Made by a program: the position numbers and the translations under genes. Below, piece by piece: positions 1-11,069 of a stretch of DNA of 64,000 nt. The stretch spans positions 3,596,001 through 3,660,000 of the forward strand of contig CATNEN010000002.1 in assembly GCA_950097015.1 (NCBI GenBank). Direction: 5' to 3'. This DNA is from Macrostomum hystrix (taxonomy: Eukaryota; Animalia; Platyhelminthes). Each line of letters begins with the position of its first letter. Within the stretch, counting starts at the first letter, position 1. The notes under the pieces are model-generated. The model was not told where the DNA came from and did no database searches. It was given only the letters and a program-made list of their open reading frames with translations.

Positions 1-736
1 TCTAAGCCGGGCTGCTGCTGCTCATTGAGTGCCGACAGCAGACTGGGCAACTGTTATACCTAGAACGGGCCGGACTGTGTAATGTGACAATCTTTTCCTT
101 GGTCAATCTACATGTAAAAATGGTCTAAATCAACATACCATGGTACTTATAGAAGACTAGATTTATATTCATCCTTTCTCACTCGTTTTTTGTATCTAGC
201 TTGTTCTGAAATTTTGGTATGTGAAAATTGCCAGGAAAACAATCGGCTGCAAAAACAGAGCAACACTGATGAGATGAGATAACATGTTTCATAGCAAATG
301 GTACCCAAATTATCATCGACACACTGTGTTAAATCTGTAGCTCCCCAGTCAGGTCTGTTTGGGGTCGAAAAGCCTTCATAATTGAGCGTCAGGACAGTAA
401 AGTACGTTTCTTATTTTGCAGAATGCAGGTCACATTTCAGCGTCAGTTTCGTTACTGGCTTTTTTATTCTAGTCTTTTATCACTAACAGTTTAAACACCA
501 ACAGTAGCTGTTTTTTTATTTTAATTATTAGGCTTTGATTGGGTTCAAAAATAAATAGTAAGTACTTTCAATTTGCTATTGTGAAAGCAAATATTATTGT
601 TTTCTTTATTACTACTTTTCTCGCTGTGAGATAAGAATAAAAGTTTTTTCCAAGTGTAGCAGCAAGTTTTATTCGATACTAAACTGACGAAATAGTTTTG
701 AGCATAGCTACAAGCGTAGTCGAAACCCAAACTATA

Positions 737-1640
737 CTGTCTAACAAAAGTTCTTGTACGGTTGCTTCTGTTGCTTCTAGTATCCATAATTTCCATCCGA
801 TTCAAATGAAAATTAGTGCAAATCAAAGCTGGGAATCCCTGCAACATTTTCTGTTTCACCGTATTTTTTATTCTGGAGTGGCTCGGAACAGCTTGCCGTT
901 TAGCACAGACAGGTCGAATAAAAAGTGACAGAATGACATAGAGCAAGCAGTCTATGGCCAACTTTCTTCACGCGCTGACAAACTCCACAGAGTGTCTAGG
1001 AAGCCTTCTGTCGATCGATCGCTCTGTGTGTGGGGTTTGCTTTACTTCTTCACAGATAATCAGATATGGTCATTGGTGACAGAATTCGTTGCCGCAAATT
1101 TGGTCGCATAGTGCTGAACAGTAGATTTTGGCACGACGAGATGGTTTGCAATCCTGCCAAGCGACCAGCCTGCGTCCTCTCGAAGCGAAACGATTCTCCA
1201 ACGAATTTCTTGGCTCACAACAGGCATGTCTCTCAGAAAGGGCAAGTTAAGTCATGGAACTTTGCGAGGAAGCACAGGGTTATACAGTGTGCGACAGTTT
1301 AGGCCATAGACATGTCGCGTGGGGTGAAGAAGTAAAGCAAACCCCACACACAGAGCGATCGATCGACAGAAGGCTTCCTAGACACTCTGTGGAGTTTGTC
1401 TGCGCGTGAAGAAAGTTGGCCATAGACTGCTTGCTCTATGTCATTCTGTCACTTTTTATTCGACCTGTCTGTGCTAAACGGCAAGCTGTTCCGAGCCACT
1501 CCAGAATAAAAAATACGGTGAAACAGAAAATGTTGCAGAGATTCGCAGCTTTCATTTGCACTAATTTTCATTTGAAACGGATGGAAATTATGGATACTAG
1601 AGGCAACAGAAGCAACCGTACAAGAACTTTTGTTAGACAG
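737..1640 (-). mobile_element. Non-autonomous Tc1/mariner-type DNA transposon (internal deletion derivative)
   Basis: Inverted arms 737-1053 and 1324-1640 (317 bp each, a few mismatches), TA on both outer sides (735-736, 1641-1642). The 270-bp core encodes only a transposase-like N-terminal HTH. Confidence 0.8.
1060..1227 (-). pseudogene. Truncated Tc1-like transposase N-terminal HTH fragment
   Basis: MPVVSQEIRWRIVSLREDAGWSLGRIANHLVVPKSTVQHY matches the paired-like HTH pattern of Tc1/Tc3 transposases. No DDE domain follows. Confidence 0.7.
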
Positions 1641-2694
1641 TATAGAAAAAATGTCAAGCATAGCTAAAAGCGTTATGCTCGAAAATTGTTAAAACTAAAA
1701 AAGAATGACTTCAAGCGTTATTGGATTCGAAACTAACTGAACTGTTCGAGCACACATAGCTATTAGCAATATTTTATTTTCAAAACGAAATAAAATTGTT
1801 TTTAGCATTGCTCCAATCGTTATTTGATTCAGAACTAGAAGAAAATATGTTTGCACAGCTAGAAAAGTTATTCGTTTTGCATTTTTACTTTATTTGAGCA
1901 TTTGCTTTATTTGAGCAAAGTGATTCAAAACTAAATGAAGACTGTTTGAGCATGCGTAGCTTTTAGCGTCTTTTAACGAAAGAAAAGTGCTACGAGCATA
2001 GCTGCAATCGTTATTAGATTCAAAACTAGGAAAAAATATTGTAATCCTAGCTAATAGCATTATTTGCCAACCGAAGCGTTTATCGAGGGTAAAGCGTGAA
2101 TAGCCGAGCGAAAAGCATGAATTATCATGCTTTATCGATACCGGAGAATGAAAAAATTTGGGAAATCAATATTATCGAGTGAGAATCATAAATGATTGAG
2201 CGGAGAGCATGATTTATTGAGGGAAAAGAATAAATTATTGATGAAAAATCGTGAATTTTTTCGAGGAGGTATCATTATTTTTTTTAACGGGCTAGAATGT
2301 ATTATCGAGGGGTAGCATGACAAATTGAGATGGTAGCATGATTTTACAAGGGTAAGCATGATTAGGGTGTAGCATAAATTATTCACGGGCAGCATAAGTT
2401 ATCGAGGACACAGCATTTATTAGTGTCGGAACTTAATCAAATGTGAGAGTGGTACGATTTATTGTGATGTTTGCATACAGGGGTGGGAGCAAGATTTTTC
2501 GAGAGGGTAGCATGATATATCAAAGGGTCGCATGATTTATTGAAGAGATATTAAGTAAAGATAAGCAGAGTTGTGAAGTTGTACATTTAAAGTTACTCTT
2601 CTTCTCATGGCTTTATAGCATGAACTTCTTCTCCCCAAGGGGCTCTTGGTTGCTAGTCTTCTATATATATATTTATTTTATTATTATTTTTTTT

Positions 2695-3040
2695 TATATA
2701 ACTAAAGATGAAAACTATCTATATATATGTATGCGCGATCGATTTTCTCAAAAACGGCTTAACCGATTTTCACTATTTCTTCACCAAAAGATGCCAAATA
2801 TGGGGACAATTATACTCGTATTTTTATTAAGCTTAAATTTATTGCTAAAGGGATTAAATATTCGAAAAACTGTTTTAGATAGGATTTTTAATGCATTCAA
2901 TCAGAGCCAGTTTTGTCAACGTGCACACCACTGCCAATTTTAATGATTGCATCAGGGCCAGTTTTGTTAAAAGTGAGTACACTGATAAGAATTTCACTGT
3001 GTCAACCCCACTGGCGAGACAGTCAGTGCGAATTTATTTA
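2695..3040 (+). repeat. Dispersed repeat (family X), possibly a Helitron-like 5' segment
   Basis: 2830-3040 matches 15230-15465 on the opposite strand (taatgattgcatcagggccagtttt; cagtcagtgcgaattt). 2695-2880 has a diverged homologue at 6820-7030. Confidence 0.55.
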
Positions 3041-3804
3041 TAAATAGATTGCATCACATCTTTTCACACCCATGTCAGAATTTCACTGACTGCCGCTAAA
3101 TTGGAATTGCATCGTCAACTTGCGCAACACTCCCTAGCTGACTGAGTTAGAAGCCTGCACGATCTGGACAGAACCTAAGTGTACTCTATTTGTACAAAGC
3201 CAGAACTTTGAGAATTCATTTTATAAGGCTAATTTTTGCCTCCACAATCCAACAGTCGGAGTAGCCGATGTGTAGGCACTAGGAATAGGTTAGGCTAGGC
3301 AAGGCGAAGTGTCCTTGGTTCGACTCTGCACTGCGTCAAATATTTGAAATAATTTTCAGTCAGTAGTGATGGATGCAAAGCAAATTTTTTAATTTTAATT
3401 TTGGAAATAAGTGGGAAATTTTTAATTCCCTTATGCCAAACCAGAGTTTGAATCATGGCTAAACCCGAGTTTGAATCAAGGCTAACCCAGAGTTTTAATC
3501 ATGACTAAACCAGATTTTGAATCATGGTTAAACCAGGGTTTAAATCATGGCTAAACCAGAGTTTAAATCATGGCTAAACCAGAGTTTGAATCATGGCTTA
3601 CCCAGAGTTTGAATCCTGGCAAAATCAGAGTTTGAATCATGGCTAAACCAGAGTCTGAATCATGGCCAAACCAGAGTTTGAATCATTGCAAAAACAGAGT
3701 TTGAATCATGGCCAAACCAGAGTTTGAATCATAGCCCACCAGGGTTTAAAACATGGCGAAACCTGGGTTTGAATCTTGGCTAACCCAGCGTTTGAAAAAT
3801 CAAC

Positions 3805-4092
3805 GTCAACTGGGGAGTCATCATCAAAATGGGGATCATGGTGAACTGGGGGATAATCGTCAATCGGAGGATCTTGGTAAACTGGGGGATAATTGTCAAC
3901 TGGGGGATCATTGTCAACTGGGGGGTAATGGTCAACTGGGGGATAATCGTCAACTGGGGGATCATGGTAAACTGGGGGATAATTGTCAACTGGGGGATCA
4001 TTGTCAACTGGGGGATCATCATCAACTGGGGGATCATTGTGAACTGGGGGATCTTTGTCAACTGGGGGATAATTGTCAACTAGGGGATCATT
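3805..4092 (+). repeat. 18-bp minisatellite (CAACTGGGGGATCATTGT)n; also ~5121-5408 and ~6437-6724
   Basis: About 15 copies per unit, repeated at the 1316-bp offset. Confidence 0.9.
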
Positions 4093-4274
4093 GTTGCTAT
4101 AAAAGTCTGTAAATTCAGCTGCTAAAAAGTATATACTAGACGAATTAAAAGTATTTCTGCTCCCCGAAGGGGGGCAAAACATGCTAGTCATTTAGACTAA
4201 TTTTCAGCCAGTAGTGATTGAAGATTATTTAAATTTATTTTTTTCATTTCGTAAATAAAATATCATAAATCATA

Positions 4275-5110
4275 GCAAATCTGAGTTTGAATCATTGCAA
4301 CAATAGAGTCTGAATCATGGCTAAACCAGAGTCTGAAACATGGCTAAACCAGAGCTTGAATCATGGCTAAACTGGAGTCTCAATCATGGCTAAACCATAG
4401 TCTGAATCATGGCTAAACCAGCGTTTGAATCATGGCTTGCCCAGAGTTTGAATCCTGGCAAAATCAGAGTTTTAATCATGACTAAACCAGATTTTGAATC
4501 ATGGTTAAACCAGCGTTTGAATTATGGCTAAACCAGAGTTTGAATCATGGCTAAAGCAGACTTTGAATCATGGCTAAACCAGAGTTTGAATCATGGCTAA
4601 ACCAACGTTTGAATCATGGCTAACCCAGAGTCTGAATCATGGCTAAATTTGAATCAAGGCGAAACCAGAGTTTGAATCATGGCCAAACCAGAGTTTGAAT
4701 CATGGCTAAACCAGAGTTTGAATCATGGCTAAACGAGAGTCTGAATCATAGCTAAACTAGAGTTTGAATCATGGCTAAACCAGAGTTTGAATCATGGCTA
4801 AACCAGAGTTTGAATCATGGCTAAACCAGAGTCTGAATCATGGCCAAACCAGAGTTTGAATCATGGCTAAACTAGAGTCTGAATCATGGCTAAACCAGAG
4901 TTTGAATCATGGCTTACCCAGAGTTTGAATCCTGGCAAAATCAGAGTTTGAATCATGGCTAAACCAGAGTCTGAATCATGGCCAAACCAGAGTTTGAATC
5001 ATTGCAAAAACAGAGTTTGAATCATGGCCAAACCAGAGTTTGAATCATAGCCCACCAGGGTTTAAAACATGGCGAAACCTGGGTTTGAATCTTGGCTAAC
5101 CCAGCGTTTG
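4275..5110 (+). repeat. 23-bp minisatellite (AAACCAGAGTTTGAATCATGGCT)n; also ~3430-3790 and ~5590-6425
   Basis: Direct inspection, period 23 (e.g. 4800 and 4823). No unique spacers. Confidence 0.9.
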
Positions 5111-7487
5111 AAAAATCAACGTCAACTGGGGAGTCATCATCAAAATGGGGATCATGGTGAACTGGGGGATAATCGTCAATCGGAGGATCTTGGTAAACTG
5201 GGGGATAATTGTCAACTGGGGGATCATTGTCAACTGGGGGGTAATGGTCAACTGGGGGATAATCGTCAACTGGGGGATCATGGTAAACTGGGGGATAATT
5301 GTCAACTGGGGGATCATTGTCAACTGGGGGATCATCATCAACTGGGGGATCATTGTGAACTGGGGGATCTTTGTCAACTGGGGGATAATTGTCAACTAGG
5401 GGATCATTGTTGCTATAAAAGTCTGTAAATTCAGCTGCTAAAAAGTATATACTAGACGAATTAAAAGTATTTCTGCTCCCCGAAGGGGGGCAAAACATGC
5501 TAGTCATTTAGACTAATTTTCAGCCAGTAGTGATTGAAGATTATTTAAATTTATTTTTTTCATTTCGTAAATAAAATATCATAAATCATAGCAAATCTGA
5601 GTTTGAATCATTGCAACAATAGAGTCTGAATCATGGCTAAACCAGAGTCTGAAACATGGCTAAACCAGAGCTTGAATCATGGCTAAACTGGAGTCTCAAT
5701 CATGGCTAAACCATAGTCTGAATCATGGCTAAACCAGCGTTTGAATCATGGCTTGCCCAGAGTTTGAATCCTGGCAAAATCAGAGTTTTAATCATGACTA
5801 AACCAGATTTTGAATCATGGTTAAACCAGCGTTTGAATTATGGCTAAACCAGAGTTTGAATCATGGCTAAAGCAGACTTTGAATCATGGCTAAACCAGAG
5901 TTTGAATCATGGCTAAACCAACGTTTGAATCATGGCTAACCCAGAGTCTGAATCATGGCTAAATTTGAATCAAGGCGAAACCAGAGTTTGAATCATGGCC
6001 AAACCAGAGTTTGAATCATGGCTAAACCAGAGTTTGAATCATGGCTAAACGAGAGTCTGAATCATAGCTAAACTAGAGTTTGAATCATGGCTAAACCAGA
6101 GTTTGAATCATGGCTAAACCAGAGTTTGAATCATGGCTAAACCAGAGTCTGAATCATGGCCAAACCAGAGTTTGAATCATGGCTAAACTAGAGTCTGAAT
6201 CATGGCTAAACCAGAGTTTGAATCATGGCTTACCCAGAGTTTGAATCCTGGCAAAATCAGAGTTTGAATCATGGCTAAACCAGAGTCTGAATCATGGCCA
6301 AACCAGAGTTTGAATCATTGCAAAAACAGAGTTTGAATCATGGCCAAACCAGAGTTTGAATCATAGCCCACCAGGGTTTAAAACATGGCGAAACCTGGGT
6401 TTGAATCTTGGCTAACCCAGCGTTTGAAAAATCAACGTCAACTGGGGAGTCATCATCAAAATGGGGATCATGGTGAACTGGGGGATAATCGTCAATCGGA
6501 GGATCTTGGTAAACTGGGGGATAATTGTCAACTGGGGGATCATTGTCAACTGGGGGGTAATGGTCAACTGGGGGATAATCGTCAACTGGGGGATCATGGT
6601 AAACTGGGGGATAATTGTCAACTGGGGGATCATTGTCAACTGGGGGATCATCATCAACTGGGGGATCATTGTGAACTGGGGGATCTTTGTCAACTGGGGG
6701 ATAATTGTCAACTAGGGGATCATTGTTGCTATAAAAGTCTGTAAATTCAGCTGCTAAAAAGTATATACTAGACGAATTAAAAGTATTTCTGCTCCCCGAA
6801 GGGGGGCAAAACATGCTAGTATATACTAAAAGGGAAAATTGTCTATCTGTGTCAATTCACTCAATGTAAAAAACTGGTCTTGTCGTGGATCTGGCAAACG
6901 CATTGTCTGATTTTTGCGAATCTTTCTCCAAAGAAAGAAAAATATTTCACTCACTTAACGAGATGGTACACAATAATTTTCTAAGCAGTTCCTTCATTCT
7001 AAAGGCATTAAATATTCTAAAAGCAAACATTTTTTTGCTTTAATTTTACGTTCTTTTTTATCTTAAGTATCGGGCCTGACACTGTCAGTTTATTATATTG
7101 CATCAGCGCTTTTTCTCGCCCGCGCGTGCTTTAGTAGCACTGAGGGCCGATACTCTCTGTGAGTTCATCACTGTTTTTAGCACCCGTACGTGCGTTTATA
7201 TATGGCGATAGTGATATTGGTCTCAGAATCCTGATTTTCGCTGACGGGCCTCTTCAGGGATCGATTCCGCCAAAGCCGCCGCGGCCAACGTTGTTCGAGT
7301 AGGCGCTCCCGCAAAGCCAGAAAACGCCTCTTTGCCACGCTAGCCCGGGCCCCGCCACGCTTGAGGGCTCAGGGAATGCAAGACGGCCACCTTGTCGGAG
7401 GATGCCTGCCTTCCGACAGGCATCCGGGAAGTGTTTGGGATTAAGGATGACAGTATTTGGGATCAGGGATGATATTGTCGGAGATCA

Positions 7488-7555
7488 GGGGGTGAGTTGC
7501 AGAATGGTGTAACACGTTTGCTTCTCGCACCAAGGTCCCTGAGCTCGATTCCACA
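7488..7555 (+). mobile_element. tRNA-derived SINE family 1, head fragment
   Basis: gggtgagttgcagaatgg...ctctcgcaccaaggtccctgagctcgattcc matches the heads of the other copies. Confidence 0.6.
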
Positions 7556-7974
7556 GCTCATTGAGTAGGTTCGGACTGTTGGTTTCGGTAGACTGAGAAT
7601 TATATTTGAGTAGGCTGGGAATTTTTGCTTGAGTAAGCTAAGACTCTTTATTTGAGTAGGCTGAGACAGTTTACATGAGTAGGCGAAGCCTCTTTATTTG
7701 ACTTTATTTGAGTAAGAAGCACTCTCTTCTCACTTCTCTCGCGTGTTGGATAAGACAAACAAACAGGCCGTGCGCTTTAATTGGTTTTTAGCTGCGATGT
7801 TGAACAATTTTAAACGAACCAAAAACGTATTCTGGTACATTTTGAGAGGAGAGAGGTGGGCGCGAGTAGCGAGAATATCCCTCGAGGCCGGTAGAGCAGG
7901 CAAGGTATGGTCTTGAGGTGGGTGGGCGAACTTTGATGGCATCTTAGCACGGCGGTTCAGGCAAATAAGGCTGA

Positions 7975-8135
7975 CCCTTCGATAACTTTTGCTGACTCCT
8001 CGATAATTTATGCTGTCCCGACGATAATTTATGCTGTCCCGTCGATAAATTATGCTGTACCATCGATAATTTATGCTGTCCCTCTATATATCAAGCTAAC
8101 CAGCTAACCCCTCGATAATTTGATGCTTTCCTCTT
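7975..8135 (-). repeat. Degenerate ~22-bp array (tcgataatttatgctgtccc), same family as the GTAGCATGA arrays
   Basis: Five to six visible units, reverse complement of the 2060-2540 and 11080-11220 motifs. Confidence 0.65.
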
Positions 8136-8354
8136 AATAATAATAATAATAATTGCAGGAGGGCTGCGGACAATGACACATACTTAGGTGACACTAGACC
8201 CACAGCCAGCGAGGAGGCAATTCTGCCCATTTCGCTGACTCCTAAGCACACACGCACACAAATACCGTCCGCGTGAATGTGGCCTCGCCGTGAAATCGAA
8301 CTTAGGGACCGTGGTGCGAGAGGCAAATGCGTTAACCGCTCTGCCACTGACCCC
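8136..8354 (-). mobile_element. tRNA-derived SINE family 1, internally deleted, with (ATT)n tail
   Basis: Minus strand starts ggggtcagtggcagagcggttaacgc (A box TGGCAGAGCGG), has a B-box-like gttcgatttc, and ends in an ATT repeat at 8136-8152. Confidence 0.75.
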
Positions 8355-8883
8355 CATATGCTTTCCCCTTCTTTACATAACGTTTTTATCTTGACATCTT
8401 GCGGTGGAAACCTTAATTTTCATGCTGTCCTGCCATCCAATGTATATATTTTTTACTTGCGAATACGCTTCAGAACATTATCAAACGATAGGCAGTCTCA
8501 GCGTGCCACGTCAATGCTAGATTTTACCATAGACAGCGTGCATCAACGGCCTAAAATGCGTGCGTCAATGACCGTTATCAGCACGCAAACTTAGAGTGCA
8601 TTTATTTGAGCTCAAAACGTAGTAAGAATTAACGGTACAACAAGGGGATTGTTGTTGGTGTTTACGAAATATTAACGGCGACAACATTTTCATAGCAGTT
8701 TGCATGGCATACTCCAGATGACCGTGTGTGGCATTGTCAAGTAGAAATGTCACTTACTCGTGCTCTTATTAGAACTTAAGCAGCTCACTTAAGGTTGAAT
8801 GTGCAGTTCTCAAAATGTCCACCAAAGTGGAATGACAGCGCTGGAGCTCCAGCGTTGCCATGGGTCGAACTTGTCACACAAAC

Positions 8884-10385
8884 TTACTGCACCACCTGAC
8901 TGGAGGGAAGCTGAAGCGTGGACTGCTGCGCATGCGGCGTCGATGCGCCGGTGACCCCTGGAACTGTCAGATGACAGTTGACATGCCGGATGACACCGTC
9001 GGGGGTGGGCTCAGCTGATCTCTGCGGCGGCGGCGGCCCTGGAATTGCTACCACGCCCGTCTGTTGACGCCCGTACAGCGATCCGGATAGAGCGTCTGAC
9101 ATCTTCCCCATGTCCGTTGCCTTCCGCTTCCCATGCGTGAGGTACCTAAAGTGCGATTGAAAGTAGTTACTCATGACGTTGACATGTTCACTTTGTTAGT
9201 GCAAAGCCCGTCATATATGGGTACTCACCGTTGCACAGTCTTTGCCTCCTTGTGGCCAGTAATTTTGCAAATTTGCTCCAGCCTGAATCCTGCCTGGTGA
9301 AGGTCCGCAATCACAGTTGGCCGAATATTGTGCGGCGTGTAGATCTTTGACAGGGCAGCTTTCGTTGAGATAGTCTTCATCATTCCGCCAACGGTATTCA
9401 CCCCGGCTGGCTGTTTCGTGTACCATGGGCCCCCAGCTGCAGAGGACTTCTTCGGTGTCAGAAGCAGCGGAGATCCTTCCGTCTCAGCGTCACCCAGAGC
9501 CTCCCGTCGCTTCTCGAGGTAAAGCCGCAGTGCCTGCACTGGACATTGCGTCGTCCCAGTGGCCTTGATCACCGCATCTCTGTTGTCACTCATGGCTCCG
9601 GCATTGAGTTCCCGTCCCAGATTCTTCTGCAACCCTGTGCGAAGCCGGACTAGAGTGCCACAGTCGGCATTGTCCTCGAACACCAGACTGTCCGAATCCA
9701 ATCCACGGAACCATTCTCTCCCACGCTGGCCGAAAAAGTAGATGAGGACAAAGTATACCTCGTGCAACAGGGTCGTCGGCGACGCACGGTCAAAGTACCG
9801 CGCCAACCTGCCCTCATCTTCCTCACTGATGGCCTCGTAATGGTTGATCCGTCCACCAGCCTTTAGAAACATTCGCGCCACCGCCTTCAAAGCCAGATTG
9901 GCTGCGTGGAACTTGTCATTCTCGATTATGTTCAGAGACCTAACCCTCCGAAAGTAGCGGAAAAGTCCAGCTCTCGCACAAATCAGAGATGTCGGAGCGT
10001 ACAGAGAACCGTCTTCCTTTCTTAGTGTGGCGTAAAACAGTCGCAGCTTGCAGGCCAGTTCATCCTCACTGCACAAATCGATGTCGAAAGGCAAAAATGC
10101 GTTTGTCGTCAGGAACTGCTTGAATCGTTCGACTGCAGCGATCTCTTTTCTCTCGGTGGACACGACCTTCGTATCCTCGTATTGCTGCGCTGCAATTGCC
10201 TCCAAATCCGCGGTAGAGTCGTCTGGCAGTAACGCACAGAGTTCGTCCAGGGTGGGACATTCAAAATCTTCATACATTTCCTTCTCCACCACGTCGTTCA
10301 GCTGGAAGAGCTCCCTCTGGAGTCGAATCTCGTCCATGGTCAAGCCAGATATGCACTCATTCGGCCAGTGCATTAGGTTGATCAT
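8884..10385 (-). CDS. Crypton-type (DUF3504-like) tyrosine recombinase, at least 2 exons (10385-9229, 9145-~8888)
   Basis: Motifs LRLFYATLRKEDGSLY, FFGQRGRE (Arg), CPVQALRLYLEKR, WYTKQPAGVNT, HNIR (HxxR) and TGHK. An 83-bp GT-AG intron at 9228-9146 joins TVQ-R to Y-LTHG...KMSDAL and supplies the catalytic Tyr. Confidence 0.85.
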
Positions 10386-10825
10386 GTCGAAATCTTATCT
10401 ACTCAAATGCGTTGGGGCTTGCGCCTTAAGCCAGCCTGACCGCCCAAAAACATGGGCGTGCGCCAACGCACTTGTCTATGGTCGAAAGAGTAAGGACGGA
10501 TCGATGCGGAAACGGCCTCTCATTGTACACTTTTGGAGGGGTTTTTTCCCAGCCACCAATGAAGCCTGATTGTTGCACGCCTTTACTGTCTATGTCCCGA
10601 ACCCCGCCAGCTCGTCTCGCTGTCTTACAGCCTTCCCCAAACTGAGTTCTCTTGCTGCCCTAAGTCAGGCGGTCTACTTTTGGACCATAGACATTTCGGG
10701 CGTGCACCAATCGACAAAATAATCGATTGCTGCACGCCCCGCGAGACCGCTGGCTATATCCGCTCCGTGAGACTGATTGTTGCACGCCCCAACTGTCTGT
10801 GGTCCAAAAGTATACAATGCCAGTG

Positions 10826-10908
10826 ATAAACGGCTATGAGTGCTGCAATGTTTTTAACCGAGGGCGCGTAACTCGGTTAAAAACATTGCAGCACTCATAG
10901 CCGTTTAT
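10826..10908. repeat. Perfect 37-bp inverted repeat with 9-nt loop
   Basis: ataaacggctatgagtgctgcaatgtttttaaccgag / ggcgcgtaa / ctcggttaaaaacattgcagcactcatagccgtttat. Confidence 0.95.
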
Positions 10909-10932
10909 TACTATATCATTGGATAATGCTGT

Positions 10933-11029
10933 TAACGCACTGCTTTCTCGTGCACCAACGAGCAGAGACACGAGTGCGCTTCGCGCATTCGTGTCTCTGC
11001 TCGTTGGTGCACTCAAAAGCCGTGCGTTA
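10933..11029. repeat. Second long hairpin (30-bp core stem, one mismatch, 3-nt loop; imperfect outer stem)
   Basis: 10950-10979 pairs with 10983-11012; taacgcac (10933) pairs with gtgcgtta (11022). Confidence 0.9.
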
Positions 11030-11069
11030 CCTAACCATTGTATTCGCAGGGCATTTGCAAGGCTTACAG

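Larger units (their letters stand above)
600..2540 (+). repeat. AT-rich dispersed repeat with degenerate ~22-bp GTAGCATGA arrays, interrupted by the Tc1 element
   Basis: Shares blocks with 11520-12165, e.g. ctaaatgaagactgttNgagcat at ~1931 and ~11729. Many ATCGAGGGGTAGCATGA-like units at 2060-2540. Confidence 0.55.
3340..6819 (+). mobile_element. Tandem array of non-autonomous Helitron-like units (1316-bp period)
   Basis: Units end in the hairpin GCTCCCC-GAA-GGGGGGC followed 8 nt later by CTAG (ends 4187, 5503, 6819). Internal junctions read CTAG|TC and the last unit is followed by T. Units 4188-5503 and 5504-6819 look identical by eye; unit 1 has a shorter, diverged head. Confidence 0.75.
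8520..11030 (-). mobile_element. Putative Crypton DNA transposon (boundaries approximate)
   Basis: YR gene plus a recurring motif (CCATAGACA..CGTGCA.CAA) on both flanks and two long hairpins upstream. Exact termini not determined. Confidence 0.5.

Noticed and set aside
545-1667. Near-identical ORF pair (138 aa minus, 83 aa plus)
   Set aside because: They are chance reading frames through the transposon's inverted repeats.
3430-6724. 23-bp and 18-bp direct-repeat arrays as a CRISPR array
   Set aside because: Repeats are contiguous with no unique spacers, there are no cas genes, and the context is eukaryotic.
3706-6814. Triplicated ORFs (DDPPVD, QLGD, WGIIVN repeats)
   Set aside because: They are translations of the 18-bp minisatellite and are open in several frames on both strands.
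7393-7425. Two overlapping short stems (tgtcgga/tccgaca and ggatgcctg/caggcatcc) suggesting a pseudoknot or ribozyme
   Set aside because: The stems are short and partly mutually exclusive, and I could not fit an HDV-like or hammerhead consensus.
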